64,000 bases of DNA. It comes from an uncultured Candidatus Saccharibacteria bacterium. GTDB taxonomy: Bacteria > Patescibacteriota > Minisyncoccia > Phycocordibacterales > UBA6899. Position numbers and translations under genes: made by a program. The notes under the pieces were generated by a model. That model was not told where the DNA came from and did not search any database. It worked only from the letters and a program-made list of their open reading frames with translations. Every line of letters begins with the position of its first letter. Within the stretch, counting starts at the first letter, position 1. The stretch is taken from positions 16,660 to 80,659 of the forward strand of contig CAYXYK010000002.1 of NCBI GenBank assembly GCA_964469335.1. The letters are read 5' to 3'. Shown piece by piece: positions 8,036-17,541 of this stretch.

Positions 8036-9958
8036 CTAAATGATCGAATCCGGATTCACTCGCACCTCGACATCGGGAGGGAGCGCTCGGATGAGGCCGA
8101 GCAGCTCGTTGTTCGGCCATGCCGACACATCGCCCTGCTTCGGAATCCGCAGTAGTGCGTTCATGAGATATTTTCCTTTCACTTTGCCGATGAAGCTCGG
8201 GAAAGTGACCGGATGGTATGCGCCGAAGATGCGTTCGATATCTTCGAGGGCTCGTCCGCCTTCCACTTTGCCTCCTTGGTGCGTGAATTTTATCATCGTC
8301 GAGAATGGAGGATACGAAAGTTCTTGTCTCGCCAGGAGTTCGGTGCGAATGAATTCACCGATGTTGCCCGCTGTCGCGAGTTCGAACAGTTCCATATCAG
8401 GGTCTCTGGTCTGTACCAGAAAATGCTCTCGTGCTTTTTCGCGAAGTACGAGAAGCAGTCTGAAAACTTTCTCTCCCATGCGAAAGTCGGGGATGGTGAG
8501 AAGGGAATTCACTGACAGCACCGCGACTGTCGCGATCGGCTCCGTGAGATATGGGATCGCCATTTCGGTCCCGAGAAGGATGCTGCCCGGTGTCTGGTAG
8601 AACTTGTCGATGATCTTCTTTGCATCACCATGACGCTCGACCGTGTCACGATCGATACGGAATATGGTCGCGTCAGGGAAACGTCGTTTGATCGATTCTT
8701 CCGCCTGCGCGATGCCGATACCAAGCGGCACGAGCCTCCATCCTCCGCAGTGTGAACAGGTCACGTCCGTCTCGCGTTCAAGTCCGCAGCGATGGCAGAG
8801 GAAAATGTGTTCGACTTCTCCGTCCTCGGTCCTCGCTCCGCCGGTGCGTTTATGGATCACCATTGGGGCAGCACAGCGGGTGCAGGTCACGACAGTTCCG
8901 CAGTCTCCGCAGACGGTCATAGGTGCGAAACCGCGTCTTACTCCGAGAATGAAACAGTGGGTACCTTTCTTCCGTACTTCTTCGATCAGATCGACCAACT
9001 CTGCTGAGCAGATCGCTACTTTGCCCGTCGCAGGTTGCTCTCCTGAGGCACGCATGTCGATCACGTGCTGTGATGCAGTGGAAGGGACACGAGATTTCGG
9101 ACGTAGCAGTGCCTCGAATTCTTTGCGACTATAGCGTTCGATAGTCTCGACTCGCAGAAAGAGGTCCCCGAAGATCAGATCTGCTCCGACTTCTTTCGCG
9201 AACTCCTCAACATAGAATCGCATGTCGATGTACGGACGGGTAGTGAGTTGATAACCGCTCGCACTCTCTTTGTCGAGAATGACGCTCTCAATGTCGCTTC
9301 TCGGGATCGAAAGGAAAAGTGGCGTACCGATGATAAGTACCGGGTGGTCGGTCGCGAGTATCGCATTCCAACGCTTCTCCATCTCTTTCTTCGTGAGACC
9401 GGAATGTAGGATGAAGGTGTAGTTGGAGATTCCTTTTTCGAGTTTCGTATAAGTGTTCTCGATATCTTGGAGTGTCGGCAAGACGAAGAAACACGAACCT
9501 CCACGTGCGAACACTTCTCGGATGTGACTCTTGTAGGTAGCGAACCGCTCGTCTTCTTCGGCTTGGAAGATGAATCGCTGTCCACTTCGCTCTTTGATCG
9601 CGCGCATACCGTCCTTCGACTGTTTCATGGTCAGGAGTGCATTCGGGAATAGTGCCTGGATTGCTGCACCGGGAGAGGCAGCGAAATACGTCGCTGTGGT
9701 GATCGCCGCGCGGATGAATCCCGGCGAGAAAAAATTCGTCGCACGCACGCGCTCAAGTTTCTTGAGTGAGAAGTCCGCCTGACGGAGTTCTGACTTCGCT
9801 TCTTGCGCGGGGATCGAGCGTATCACGAGTCCAGGTACCGAGCGCCCGCGCAGCGGCACCGAGACCAGCGCACCCGGCTCGATCGGGTCTTTGGTGAAGT
9901 AGGAGAGCTCGTCGATGGGGATGCCGCGTTTGATGGGGGCTACGCTTACTACAAACAT
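8036..9958 (-). CDS. priA: Primosomal protein N-prime (PriA) homolog with degenerate helicase motifs.
   Basis: PriA Cys-rich zinc region CGDCGTVVTCTRCAAPMV...CHRCG...CSHCGG and overall length. Walker A replaced (AEEDERFATY where GSGKT is expected) and DExH replaced (LDKES). Confidence 0.8.
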   Translation of the reverse strand: MFVVSVAPIKRGIPIDELSYFTKDPIEPGALVSVPLRGRSVPGLVIRSIPAQEAKSELRQADFSLKKLERVRATNFFSPGFIRAAITTATYFAASPGAAIQALFPNALLTMKQSKDGMRAIKERSGQRFIFQAEEDERFATYKSHIREVFARGGSCFFVLPTLQDIENTYTKLEKGISNYTFILHSGLTKKEMEKRWNAILATDHPVLIIGTPLFLSIPRSDIESVILDKESASGYQLTTRPYIDMRFYVEEFAKEVGADLIFGDLFLRVETIERYSRKEFEALLRPKSRVPSTASQHVIDMRASGEQPATGKVAICSAELVDLIEEVRKKGTHCFILGVRRGFAPMTVCGDCGTVVTCTRCAAPMVIHKRTGGARTEDGEVEHIFLCHRCGLERETDVTCSHCGGWRLVPLGIGIAQAEESIKRRFPDATIFRIDRDTVERHGDAKKIIDKFYQTPGSILLGTEMAIPYLTEPIATVAVLSVNSLLTIPDFRMGEKVFRLLLVLREKAREHFLVQTRDPDMELFELATAGNIGEFIRTELLARQELSYPPFSTMIKFTHQGGKVEGGRALEDIERIFGAYHPVTFPSFIGKVKGKYLMNALLRIPKQGDVSAWPNNELLGLIRALPPDVEVRVNPDSII

Positions 9959-10026
9959 GTTCCAATATTAGCATATTTGGAGCGGATGATTTTGAGAGAG
10001 TCGATTCATTCGGTAAAATAGGAGAA

Positions 10027-11829
10027 ATGACCGCTCGCTCCAAATTCCTTGCTCGACTCGATGAATACTACCGGCCATTCTATAAAGTAGTCTGTGTCAT
10101 CTTCGTTCTCACCACTGCGACATCACTCATAGATCTTGTCGCACCGTATCTCTTCGGTAGGATTGTCGATCTGCTTGCGAAAGGGGAGACCTTCGCCACA
10201 GTTCTCTTGTATGCAATTGGAGCACTCACTGCATATCTTGTAAGTGTTTTGGTTGCGACATGGAACGAACACTACCAGAATCGAAATTTCGATTTCGACC
10301 TGCCGCGTTCGATTATGAAGAAGGCGATCGAAAAAATCTTCGCATTCTCGATCGGGCAGCTTGCGAATGAGAATTCCGCAATCAAGCTTTCGGTAATCAC
10401 GAGCGGGGAGAGTGCACTCCGTAATTCCTTCAACATTATTGTCGTCAGTCTCGGTCCGACACTGCTTCGCGCACTTCTTACAGTCATTGCGCTTACCATC
10501 GCGGACCCGATCCTCGGAGGGCTCCTCTTTGTTGGAGTATCGCTCGAGACGATCGTTTCGATCGCTCTGTCGAAGCGGTTCTATCCAGAGATCAAGGCGA
10601 ATCAGGAGTCACGACGAGACGACGAGAAGCGAGCTTCCGAGGCGCTCCGCAACGCAATCCTCATCAAGGCCAACGCTCGCGAGGTGGAGACGGTCCGCGA
10701 GCTCGACGAGAGACGTTCCCGCCTCGATGAACGCTTCAAGGAGATGTGGGATCGATTCATTGTAAAGGCTACGGCACGCATGTTCGTGTCGGAGTTTTTC
10801 CGCTTTGCCGTCATCTTGCTCGGTGCGTGGCTGGTAGTCATCGGCAAGCACACTCCGGGCGAACTCGTGATCTATCTGTCTTGGTCCTCGAGTGCATTCA
10901 ACGGATTCGGACGTATCGGTTTCCAGTTCCGTTCGCTGCTTTCCGATTACGAACGTATCTCGAGATATTTCGCGATGCTCGATATTCCTCCTGCGGTGAC
11001 GATCTCACCGCGTGCGGTCGCGCTTCGCCCACTCGGTGGTACGATCACATTCGAATCGGTCTCATTCGCATACCCTGGGCGTGACAACCCTGAGGTAGAT
11101 GGAGCACATACGCTGCATGAGGTAAGTTTCCCGATCAAGAAAGGGGAGACAGTCGCAATCGTCGGGCATTCCGGCGCTGGTAAGTCGACCATCATCACAC
11201 TCCTTTTGCGTGGGTATGACCCAAAGCATGGACGTGTCACTGTCGATGGATACGATCTCGCGGAGCTCGATCTTCGCAGTTATCTTGAGCAGGTTGGCTA
11301 TGTCGAACAACAGGTTGAACTCTTCGACGAGTCACTTCGTTCGAACATTCTCTTCGGAGTTCCAGAGGCGAACCGCGAGGAGGCGACGCTCAGGCTTCCG
11401 GAGGTACTCGCTGCGTCTCGGATCGATCAGTTCCTGCCTCGTCTTGGCGAAAAGGGTATCGATACGCTCATTGGAGAACGGGGTGTACGGCTTTCGGGAG
11501 GTGAGCGGCAACGGGTAGGGATCGCCCGTGCGCTGATCAAGGATCCGCGCGTACTGATCTTCGATGAAGCGACGTCATCCCTAGACAGTGAGAACGAGGC
11601 GCTCATCCACGAGGCGATACGAGATGCACTCAAGGGGCGAACTGGCATCATTATTGCACATCGGCTTTCGACGGTACGAGACGCGGACAAGATCATCGTA
11701 ATGAAGGAAGGGAGGGTGCTCGGGATCGGCAAACATCGTTCTCTCCTCACGAGTGTTCCCGAATATCGTCTGCTGGTCGAGCGACAACTTACAAAAGAAT
11801 CGGATCAACCGACAAAAAAGAAACGCTAA
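10027..11829 (+). CDS. ABC transporter, fused permease/ATP-binding exporter (MsbA/ABCB-like).
   Basis: Six N-terminal TM helices. Walker A GHSGAGKST, signature LSGGERQRVGIARAL, Walker B LIFDEATSSLD. Confidence 0.85.
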   Translation: MTARSKFLARLDEYYRPFYKVVCVIFVLTTATSLIDLVAPYLFGRIVDLLAKGETFATVLLYAIGALTAYLVSVLVATWNEHYQNRNFDFDLPRSIMKKAIEKIFAFSIGQLANENSAIKLSVITSGESALRNSFNIIVVSLGPTLLRALLTVIALTIADPILGGLLFVGVSLETIVSIALSKRFYPEIKANQESRRDDEKRASEALRNAILIKANAREVETVRELDERRSRLDERFKEMWDRFIVKATARMFVSEFFRFAVILLGAWLVVIGKHTPGELVIYLSWSSSAFNGFGRIGFQFRSLLSDYERISRYFAMLDIPPAVTISPRAVALRPLGGTITFESVSFAYPGRDNPEVDGAHTLHEVSFPIKKGETVAIVGHSGAGKSTIITLLLRGYDPKHGRVTVDGYDLAELDLRSYLEQVGYVEQQVELFDESLRSNILFGVPEANREEATLRLPEVLAASRIDQFLPRLGEKGIDTLIGERGVRLSGGERQRVGIARALIKDPRVLIFDEATSSLDSENEALIHEAIRDALKGRTGIIIAHRLSTVRDADKIIVMKEGRVLGIGKHRSLLTSVPEYRLLVERQLTKESDQPTKKKR

Positions 11830-11847
11830 GCGCTGTGGATTTCACGA

Positions 11848-11874
11848 TTGAACTTATATCACATGTGATATAAT
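11848..11874 (+). promoter_or_regulatory. Promoter TTGAAC-N15-TATAAT overlapped by a perfect 20 bp palindrome TTATATCACATGTGATATAA (11854-11873); the ATG is 6 nt after the -10.
   Basis: Hexamers and palindrome read directly from the sequence. Confidence 0.5.
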
Positions 11875-11880
11875 CGCTTC

Positions 11881-13389
11881 ATGAACGAACAAGCAAAGAT
11901 CGGCTCTTTCATTAAAAGTCTACGTGAGAAGAAGGGGATGACCCAGGGTGCCCTTGCAGATGCTCTCGGCACCTCGCAGTCCGCCGTCGCACGCATGGAG
12001 GCGGGCAAGCAGAATTTCACTACCAAAGAGCTATCGAAACTCAGTGAAGCGCTCGAGAAGCGTTTGATGACCATTCCGGAGTCGACTGACTTTCGCATCG
12101 AGGGAGGACGAAAACTCTCCGGTAGTATCGTCACCAACTATTCGAAGAACGGCTCGGTCGTATTGCTTTGTGCGGCCCTACTCAATCGCAGCAAGACGAC
12201 GCTTCATGGTATCTCTCGTATCGAAGAGGTAAATCGTCTCATCGAGATCCTTGAGTCGATCGGAGTAACAGCGCGTTGGACCGCGAAGAATTCCGTCGAG
12301 ATCGTTCCTCCGAAGAAGTTCTCACTCAAGACGCTCGATGTTGCGGCGGCTGCTCGCGTCCGCTCCTCGTTGATGTTCATCGGACCCTTGATCCACCACG
12401 TTCAGTCGTTCGACCTCCCGCATGCCGGCGGGTGCAAGATGGGTAACCGTACGATCGCCGCACACCGCTACGGCCTCGAAGAGCTGGGTGTATCGATAAA
12501 GACACTCGAGGATCACTATCACGTCAGCCAGAAGAAACTCCGCCCAGCCGATATCGTGATGTACGAAGCAGGTGACACCGCAGCGAACAATATTCTGATG
12601 GCGGCAGCACTCACTCCCGGTGTGACCACTATCCGTTTCGCACCTCCTAACTATCAAGTGCAGGAACTCTGCTTCTTCCTTGAAAAGCTCGGGGTGAAAA
12701 TCGAGGGCATCGGCACTACCACGCTTGTAGTTCACGGCATTGCATCAATAGACAAGAGTGTCGAATACCACAACAGTGAGGACCCGATCGAGTCGATGAT
12801 GTTCATCGCCGCAGCGATCGTGACCCGATCAACGCTCACGATCACCCGATGTCCGATCGATTTCCTTTCCGTTGAACTCTTGAAACTTAAGAAGATGGGG
12901 CAGAAGTTCAAAGTAGGGAAGGTCTACTTAGCCGAGAACGGACATACGAAACTCGTCGACATCGTTGTGATGCCGTCGTCGCTCACGGCGCCACTAGATA
13001 AGATCCACTCGCTTCCATATCCAGGTATCAACACCGACAACCTGCCGTTCTTCGTCCCGATCGCGACACTGGCAAAGGGAACGACGCTCATTCATGATTG
13101 GATGTGGGAGAATCGGGCGATCTATTTCACCGAGCTCAATCGTCTTGGTGCGCGCGTCGACCTTGCTGATCCGCATCGTGTATTCGTTACCGGTCCGTCA
13201 AAGTTGCGCGCGGCTCAGATTGTCTGTCCTCCGGCCCTTCGCCCTGCGATGATCATCCTTATCGGCATGCTCGCCGCAGAAGGTACTTCATATCTGCGCA
13301 ATGTGTACTCGATCAACAGAGGGTATGAGGAGATAGCAGAAAGACTCAATACCATCGGCGCCCGCATCGAAGTCCTTAAAGGTATTTAG
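11881..13389 (+). CDS. murA: Fusion protein: N-terminal XRE-family helix-turn-helix domain plus UDP-N-acetylglucosamine 1-carboxyvinyltransferase (MurA).
   Basis: Residues 1-60: FIKSLREKKGMTQGALADALGTSQSAVARMEAG (HTH_XRE). The MurA body follows from MTIPESTDFRIEGGRKLSGSIV, with the catalytic Cys loop PHAGGCKMGNRTIAAH. No stop codon between the domains. Confidence 0.75.
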   Translation: MNEQAKIGSFIKSLREKKGMTQGALADALGTSQSAVARMEAGKQNFTTKELSKLSEALEKRLMTIPESTDFRIEGGRKLSGSIVTNYSKNGSVVLLCAALLNRSKTTLHGISRIEEVNRLIEILESIGVTARWTAKNSVEIVPPKKFSLKTLDVAAAARVRSSLMFIGPLIHHVQSFDLPHAGGCKMGNRTIAAHRYGLEELGVSIKTLEDHYHVSQKKLRPADIVMYEAGDTAANNILMAAALTPGVTTIRFAPPNYQVQELCFFLEKLGVKIEGIGTTTLVVHGIASIDKSVEYHNSEDPIESMMFIAAAIVTRSTLTITRCPIDFLSVELLKLKKMGQKFKVGKVYLAENGHTKLVDIVVMPSSLTAPLDKIHSLPYPGINTDNLPFFVPIATLAKGTTLIHDWMWENRAIYFTELNRLGARVDLADPHRVFVTGPSKLRAAQIVCPPALRPAMIILIGMLAAEGTSYLRNVYSINRGYEEIAERLNTIGARIEVLKGI

Positions 13390-13589
13390 GTAATACTTCC
13401 ACAACCGGCGGTCTGCATCGTTGTGTTCCTCGTGAGTTCATTCACCGTACGATGAGTACGGCTCATGAACATCACTCGTTCACGCCTTGCATCCCATCCG
13501 TTTCTGAAAGTATTACGAAGAATCGATTGTTATCCGCAGATAATTGAGAAAAAACGATTGTATAAGTCGGGGAATTTTCATACAATGGG

Positions 13590-16145
13590 ATGCATATGGT
13601 CACTCCAGAGTTACTTGATTTTTTGCGTGAGCAGCTTGCGACCGGAGTATCCTCAGTCGAGCTCGAGCGCATGCTCGTGAATGAAGGAGGTTGGGAAAAG
13701 GCAGATGTCGAAGAAGGCTTGGCAAAGATCGGTGTTTCCGCTACTCCCGCATCAGTTCCGCCAGTACAGGCTGCGCCTCTCGCGTCCGCTCGAGTCGAGT
13801 CGATGGATGTTGCGAGTGCGTCGATCTCAGCTCCGCAGCAGATTCCGATCATCGATTCACCTCAGATCGAGAGTCCTGCGCCGGCTGAAATTCCGAAACA
13901 GGAAATATTGCAGCCAAAAGTGGAATCAACCCCGGTCGTGCTTTCGGTGCGCTCAGAGCGCACACCGGACATTGCTCCTGTCGATGACTTCCTCGGGATA
14001 TTCGATGCGTCGCCTGTGCCCGCATCTCCACTTCCTGCCGAAGCAGCCGCCCCTCTGCCTGCCCAACCTCCTGTTGTGGTTGCCGAGTCGCTTATTCATG
14101 TTGATCCTCAGCAAGTTGCGATCCGGGAGGTTGCTAAGCCGCAGGAAGAGAAAAAGCCCGAAGTGACACCTAATCTGATGGATATGCTTGCCACGGTCTC
14201 TGCTCCGAGTGAGATATCCGCAGCCCCATTGGAGAGTAGTAGTGCGGTCACGCCGACTACTCCGATGGTCAAGTTCGATCTGTCGCGCATCAAACAGGAT
14301 AAACCCGTAGAGGCTGTTGTCTCCGCTTCTCCCGCACCTTCGACCCAGCCAGATGCAATGCCTCCGGTCGTAGCAGCACCAGCGACTGCACCCGTGATAG
14401 ATAAACCCGTCCAGACTCACTCCGTCGCCGAACTTTGGTTATCGCAGGGCAAGGCTGAGGCACAGCCGGCTGAGGATGCTGTGAAAGAGAAAGAATTACG
14501 CGCATCGCTTTCCTCACGCCGAACGATGGCCAGCGACATGCTCCTCCGTGGTAAGGGGGCGGTCATTCAGGGTTTACCCGCTCTGCTTCCTACCGAAGAC
14601 ACGAATCCGATGCCACAGTACTCGAGTCGCAAGGTTGAAGAGGCGAAGAAGGTGGTAGAAGAGAAAAAGGCGGCAAGCGTAAAACCCAAACTTACCGTTG
14701 CAGAAGAGCTGGCGCGCAAGAACAAGATCAAGAAGTTCATCGGGGTCGCAGTCGGGATCCTTGTCGCACTCGCGCTCGTCGCGGGAGGCGCTATCGCATT
14801 CATCAGCATGCGCGGTCCGGATGTCGGTACGTTGCTCGCCACAACGATGGGGCAGTATTTCTCGGCCACGTCGTTCACCTATATCGGTACCGCTTCAAGC
14901 GACCTGGTGCTCACCTCCAAAGCGGCAGACGGTGTCACTAGGAACGGTGCTGTGAAATTCTCACTCGACTATGCGGGAGAACTCAAGAACGATAAATACG
15001 GCTATGGTGACGGGAATCACCGCTTGAAATGGACAGGAGGACTTTCGTCGGGGAATTTTTTCTGGAGTACGGATATTGAATCCGACCTGCGCATGTCGGG
15101 GACTGATCTCTACTTCCACGTACTCTCGTTCCCGTCTCAATCAGATATCGATCCCGATCTCTTCAAGACGTATTGGATAAAAGTGGATATCGCTGAAATA
15201 GCTAAAGAGCTCTCGCTCGATTCAGTGACGGCAGGGGACAGCTATAACGGTATCGCAGGTACGGAAAGTACGACATTCAATGCGATCGTAGAGAAGAATA
15301 TGCCTTTCATCGGCGGTGACAAGCTTGGCAGCGAGACGTTGAACGGTATCGAGGTCACGCATTTCGCACTCAAGACCGATCCGGAGAAGATGTTCACGCT
15401 TGCGAACGATCTCTACAAGAAGTTCCTCGGTAAGACGTTCTCTGTGAACACCGAAGAGAAGTTGCGCATGATGAACGCGCTCGAGAAACTCAAGTTCGAG
15501 ATCTGGGTGGATGAGAAGACCAATACGCTTGTACAAGTGAAACTTTCCGGTGAACTCGACGACGATATCGAAGACATCCACGCGAAGGGTCCGATCTCGC
15601 TCTCGTTCATGTTCTCGAAGCAGGGGGTACCCGTCTCAGTCACTGTCCCGGCTCCGTTCCTTACGCTCGATGAACTGCACACTCGCATGAATGATTTCAA
15701 GAAGTTCCGAGAAGTCCGTTCGCGAGATGCGGTCTACATCAACGGTCTTGGTGAAGTAGAGCACGCACTCGGAAGTTATATGAGCGCGAAGGGAAGATAC
15801 CCGACTGTGCTTTCCGAACTCCGCGCGGACAATATGCTTTCGACCTCGACGCTTTCGGATGACCTCTTGAAATTGTATAGCTATGCTGCGTATGTCAAAG
15901 AAGGTGATTTCACGAAAGCCAACAAATGTGTCCAGAGATCGAAGACATGTGGGACCTATCATATCGGGGTCAATCTCGACGACCTGACCGATCCACAACT
16001 GGCGAATGATGCGGATCAGAATTCAGACGTACGAGGTGCCGATACCACCGGTTGCTCTCTTGAGCGCGAGAAAGCATGCTACGACATCCTCTTTACTGCC
16101 ACCGCTTCCGGAGCAAGTGCAACAAGTAGTAAAGTGAACTTATAA
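13590..16145 (+). CDS. Large membrane-anchored protein (851 aa): small N-terminal cytoplasmic domain, ~330 aa Pro/Ala/Ser/Val-rich low-complexity linker, single TM, ~440 aa extracytoplasmic domain with Cys pairs.
   Basis: TM helix KKFIGVAVGILVALALVAGGAIAFI near residue 390. Low-complexity PASVPPVQAAPLASA... repeats. C-terminal C...C pairs. Confidence 0.6.
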   Translation: MHMVTPELLDFLREQLATGVSSVELERMLVNEGGWEKADVEEGLAKIGVSATPASVPPVQAAPLASARVESMDVASASISAPQQIPIIDSPQIESPAPAEIPKQEILQPKVESTPVVLSVRSERTPDIAPVDDFLGIFDASPVPASPLPAEAAAPLPAQPPVVVAESLIHVDPQQVAIREVAKPQEEKKPEVTPNLMDMLATVSAPSEISAAPLESSSAVTPTTPMVKFDLSRIKQDKPVEAVVSASPAPSTQPDAMPPVVAAPATAPVIDKPVQTHSVAELWLSQGKAEAQPAEDAVKEKELRASLSSRRTMASDMLLRGKGAVIQGLPALLPTEDTNPMPQYSSRKVEEAKKVVEEKKAASVKPKLTVAEELARKNKIKKFIGVAVGILVALALVAGGAIAFISMRGPDVGTLLATTMGQYFSATSFTYIGTASSDLVLTSKAADGVTRNGAVKFSLDYAGELKNDKYGYGDGNHRLKWTGGLSSGNFFWSTDIESDLRMSGTDLYFHVLSFPSQSDIDPDLFKTYWIKVDIAEIAKELSLDSVTAGDSYNGIAGTESTTFNAIVEKNMPFIGGDKLGSETLNGIEVTHFALKTDPEKMFTLANDLYKKFLGKTFSVNTEEKLRMMNALEKLKFEIWVDEKTNTLVQVKLSGELDDDIEDIHAKGPISLSFMFSKQGVPVSVTVPAPFLTLDELHTRMNDFKKFREVRSRDAVYINGLGEVEHALGSYMSAKGRYPTVLSELRADNMLSTSTLSDDLLKLYSYAAYVKEGDFTKANKCVQRSKTCGTYHIGVNLDDLTDPQLANDADQNSDVRGADTTGCSLEREKACYDILFTATASGASATSSKVNL

Positions 16146-16382
16146 TCGTGCCCGACGAGCCGCACTCGAGCGCGAATAGGTTCTCGACCTTTGTGATCTT
16201 TGCGTTCGTTCTGCTGGTCACCATAGGGGTGATATTCGGTTATTATGCCTATTTTACGACAGTTTCCGGTCTCCCTCCTGACACCAAGACATTCGACTTC
16301 TGAGCTCGACACAGACAAAGATCAAGCCACACTTTGTGCTCATTGCGCAAGCCGATTCTATTGTGTTAAATGAGGCCTACAC

Positions 16383-17396
16383 ATGGCTTTCATGACCTCA
16401 AAACTCGGCATCGACCTCGGCACGGCAAATACCCTCGTTTATGTCCCTGGCCGCGGCATCGTTCTCAATGAGCCATCCGTGGTTGCAGTCTCAGAGCGAG
16501 ACAACCGTATTCTCTCGGTCGGCATCGAAGCGAAAGAGATGATCGGCCGCACCCCGGACGACATCATCGCATACCGCCCAATGCGCGACGGCGTCATCGC
16601 CGACTATCGTGTCACCGAAGCGATGCTGCGCTACTTCATCAACAAAGCGATGGGACGCTGGAATCTCTTCAAGCCTGAAGTCATGGTCTCTGTTCCCGCA
16701 GGTGTGACCTCGACCGAGCGCCGCGCGGTCATCGAGGCTGCGATGCGTGCCGGCGCGAAGAACGCGTACGTGGTGAAGGAACCTATTCTCGCCGCGATCG
16801 GCGCGGGTATTCCTATCTACGAAGCGCGCGGACATATGGTCGTCGATATCGGAGGAGGTACGACTGACGTTGCAGTCATCTCACTCGGTGGTATCGTCGC
16901 ATCAACTTCGGTGAAGTGTGCAGGTAACCGCATCGACCAGGCAATCGCTGACTACATCAAAAAGACCTTCAACCTCGCGATCGGAGACAAGACCGCCGAG
17001 GACATCAAGATCAATATCGGTTCTGCTGTGCCGCTCGAAGAAGAACTCTCAATGACTATCAAAGGCCGTGACTTCGTCGCAGGACTTCCACGCTCTATAA
17101 CCGTCTCGACCAATGAGATCGTGAAGGCGATCGACAAAGAGCTTCGCGAAATGGTGAAGGCGATCAAAGATGTGCTCCAGGAGACTCCTCCTGAGCTTTC
17201 TGCTGACATCATCGATCAGGGGATCATCATGACGGGTGGTAGCTCGATGTTGCGCAATCTTCCAGAGCTCGTGTTCCGCCGTACGGGGGTGAAAGCGATA
17301 CTTGCGGATGATGCGCTGTACTGCGTGGTGAAGGGCACCGGCGTTGCACTCGAACATTTGGATACATACCGCAAATCGATTATTGCGAAACGATAG
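16383..17396 (+). CDS. mreB: Rod shape-determining actin homolog MreB (paralog 1).
   Basis: GIDLGTANTLVY phosphate-1, DIGGGTTDVAVISLGG phosphate-2, MTGGSSML adenosine motif. Confidence 0.9.
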   Translation: MAFMTSKLGIDLGTANTLVYVPGRGIVLNEPSVVAVSERDNRILSVGIEAKEMIGRTPDDIIAYRPMRDGVIADYRVTEAMLRYFINKAMGRWNLFKPEVMVSVPAGVTSTERRAVIEAAMRAGAKNAYVVKEPILAAIGAGIPIYEARGHMVVDIGGGTTDVAVISLGGIVASTSVKCAGNRIDQAIADYIKKTFNLAIGDKTAEDIKINIGSAVPLEEELSMTIKGRDFVAGLPRSITVSTNEIVKAIDKELREMVKAIKDVLQETPPELSADIIDQGIIMTGGSSMLRNLPELVFRRTGVKAILADDALYCVVKGTGVALEHLDTYRKSIIAKR

Positions 17397-17541
17397 GCGC
17401 GGGTAAATTTGGCAATCTGCTCGTTTTTCCTTCGGGAAGTCGAGTCACCGTAGATTACTACGGCTTCTCGACATTCCCTCAGTCCAAAACTTCGCATCGT
17501 ATCCAAATTTCCTCCGCGCTAGATTGGCGTATAATTAAAAA

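Noticed and set aside
17216-17506. 96-aa minus-strand ORF starting inside the conserved repeat element (MRSFGL...).
   Set aside because: It runs antisense through the mreB 3' end. The equivalent frames in the other two copies are 7 and 17 codons long, so it is not a conserved protein.
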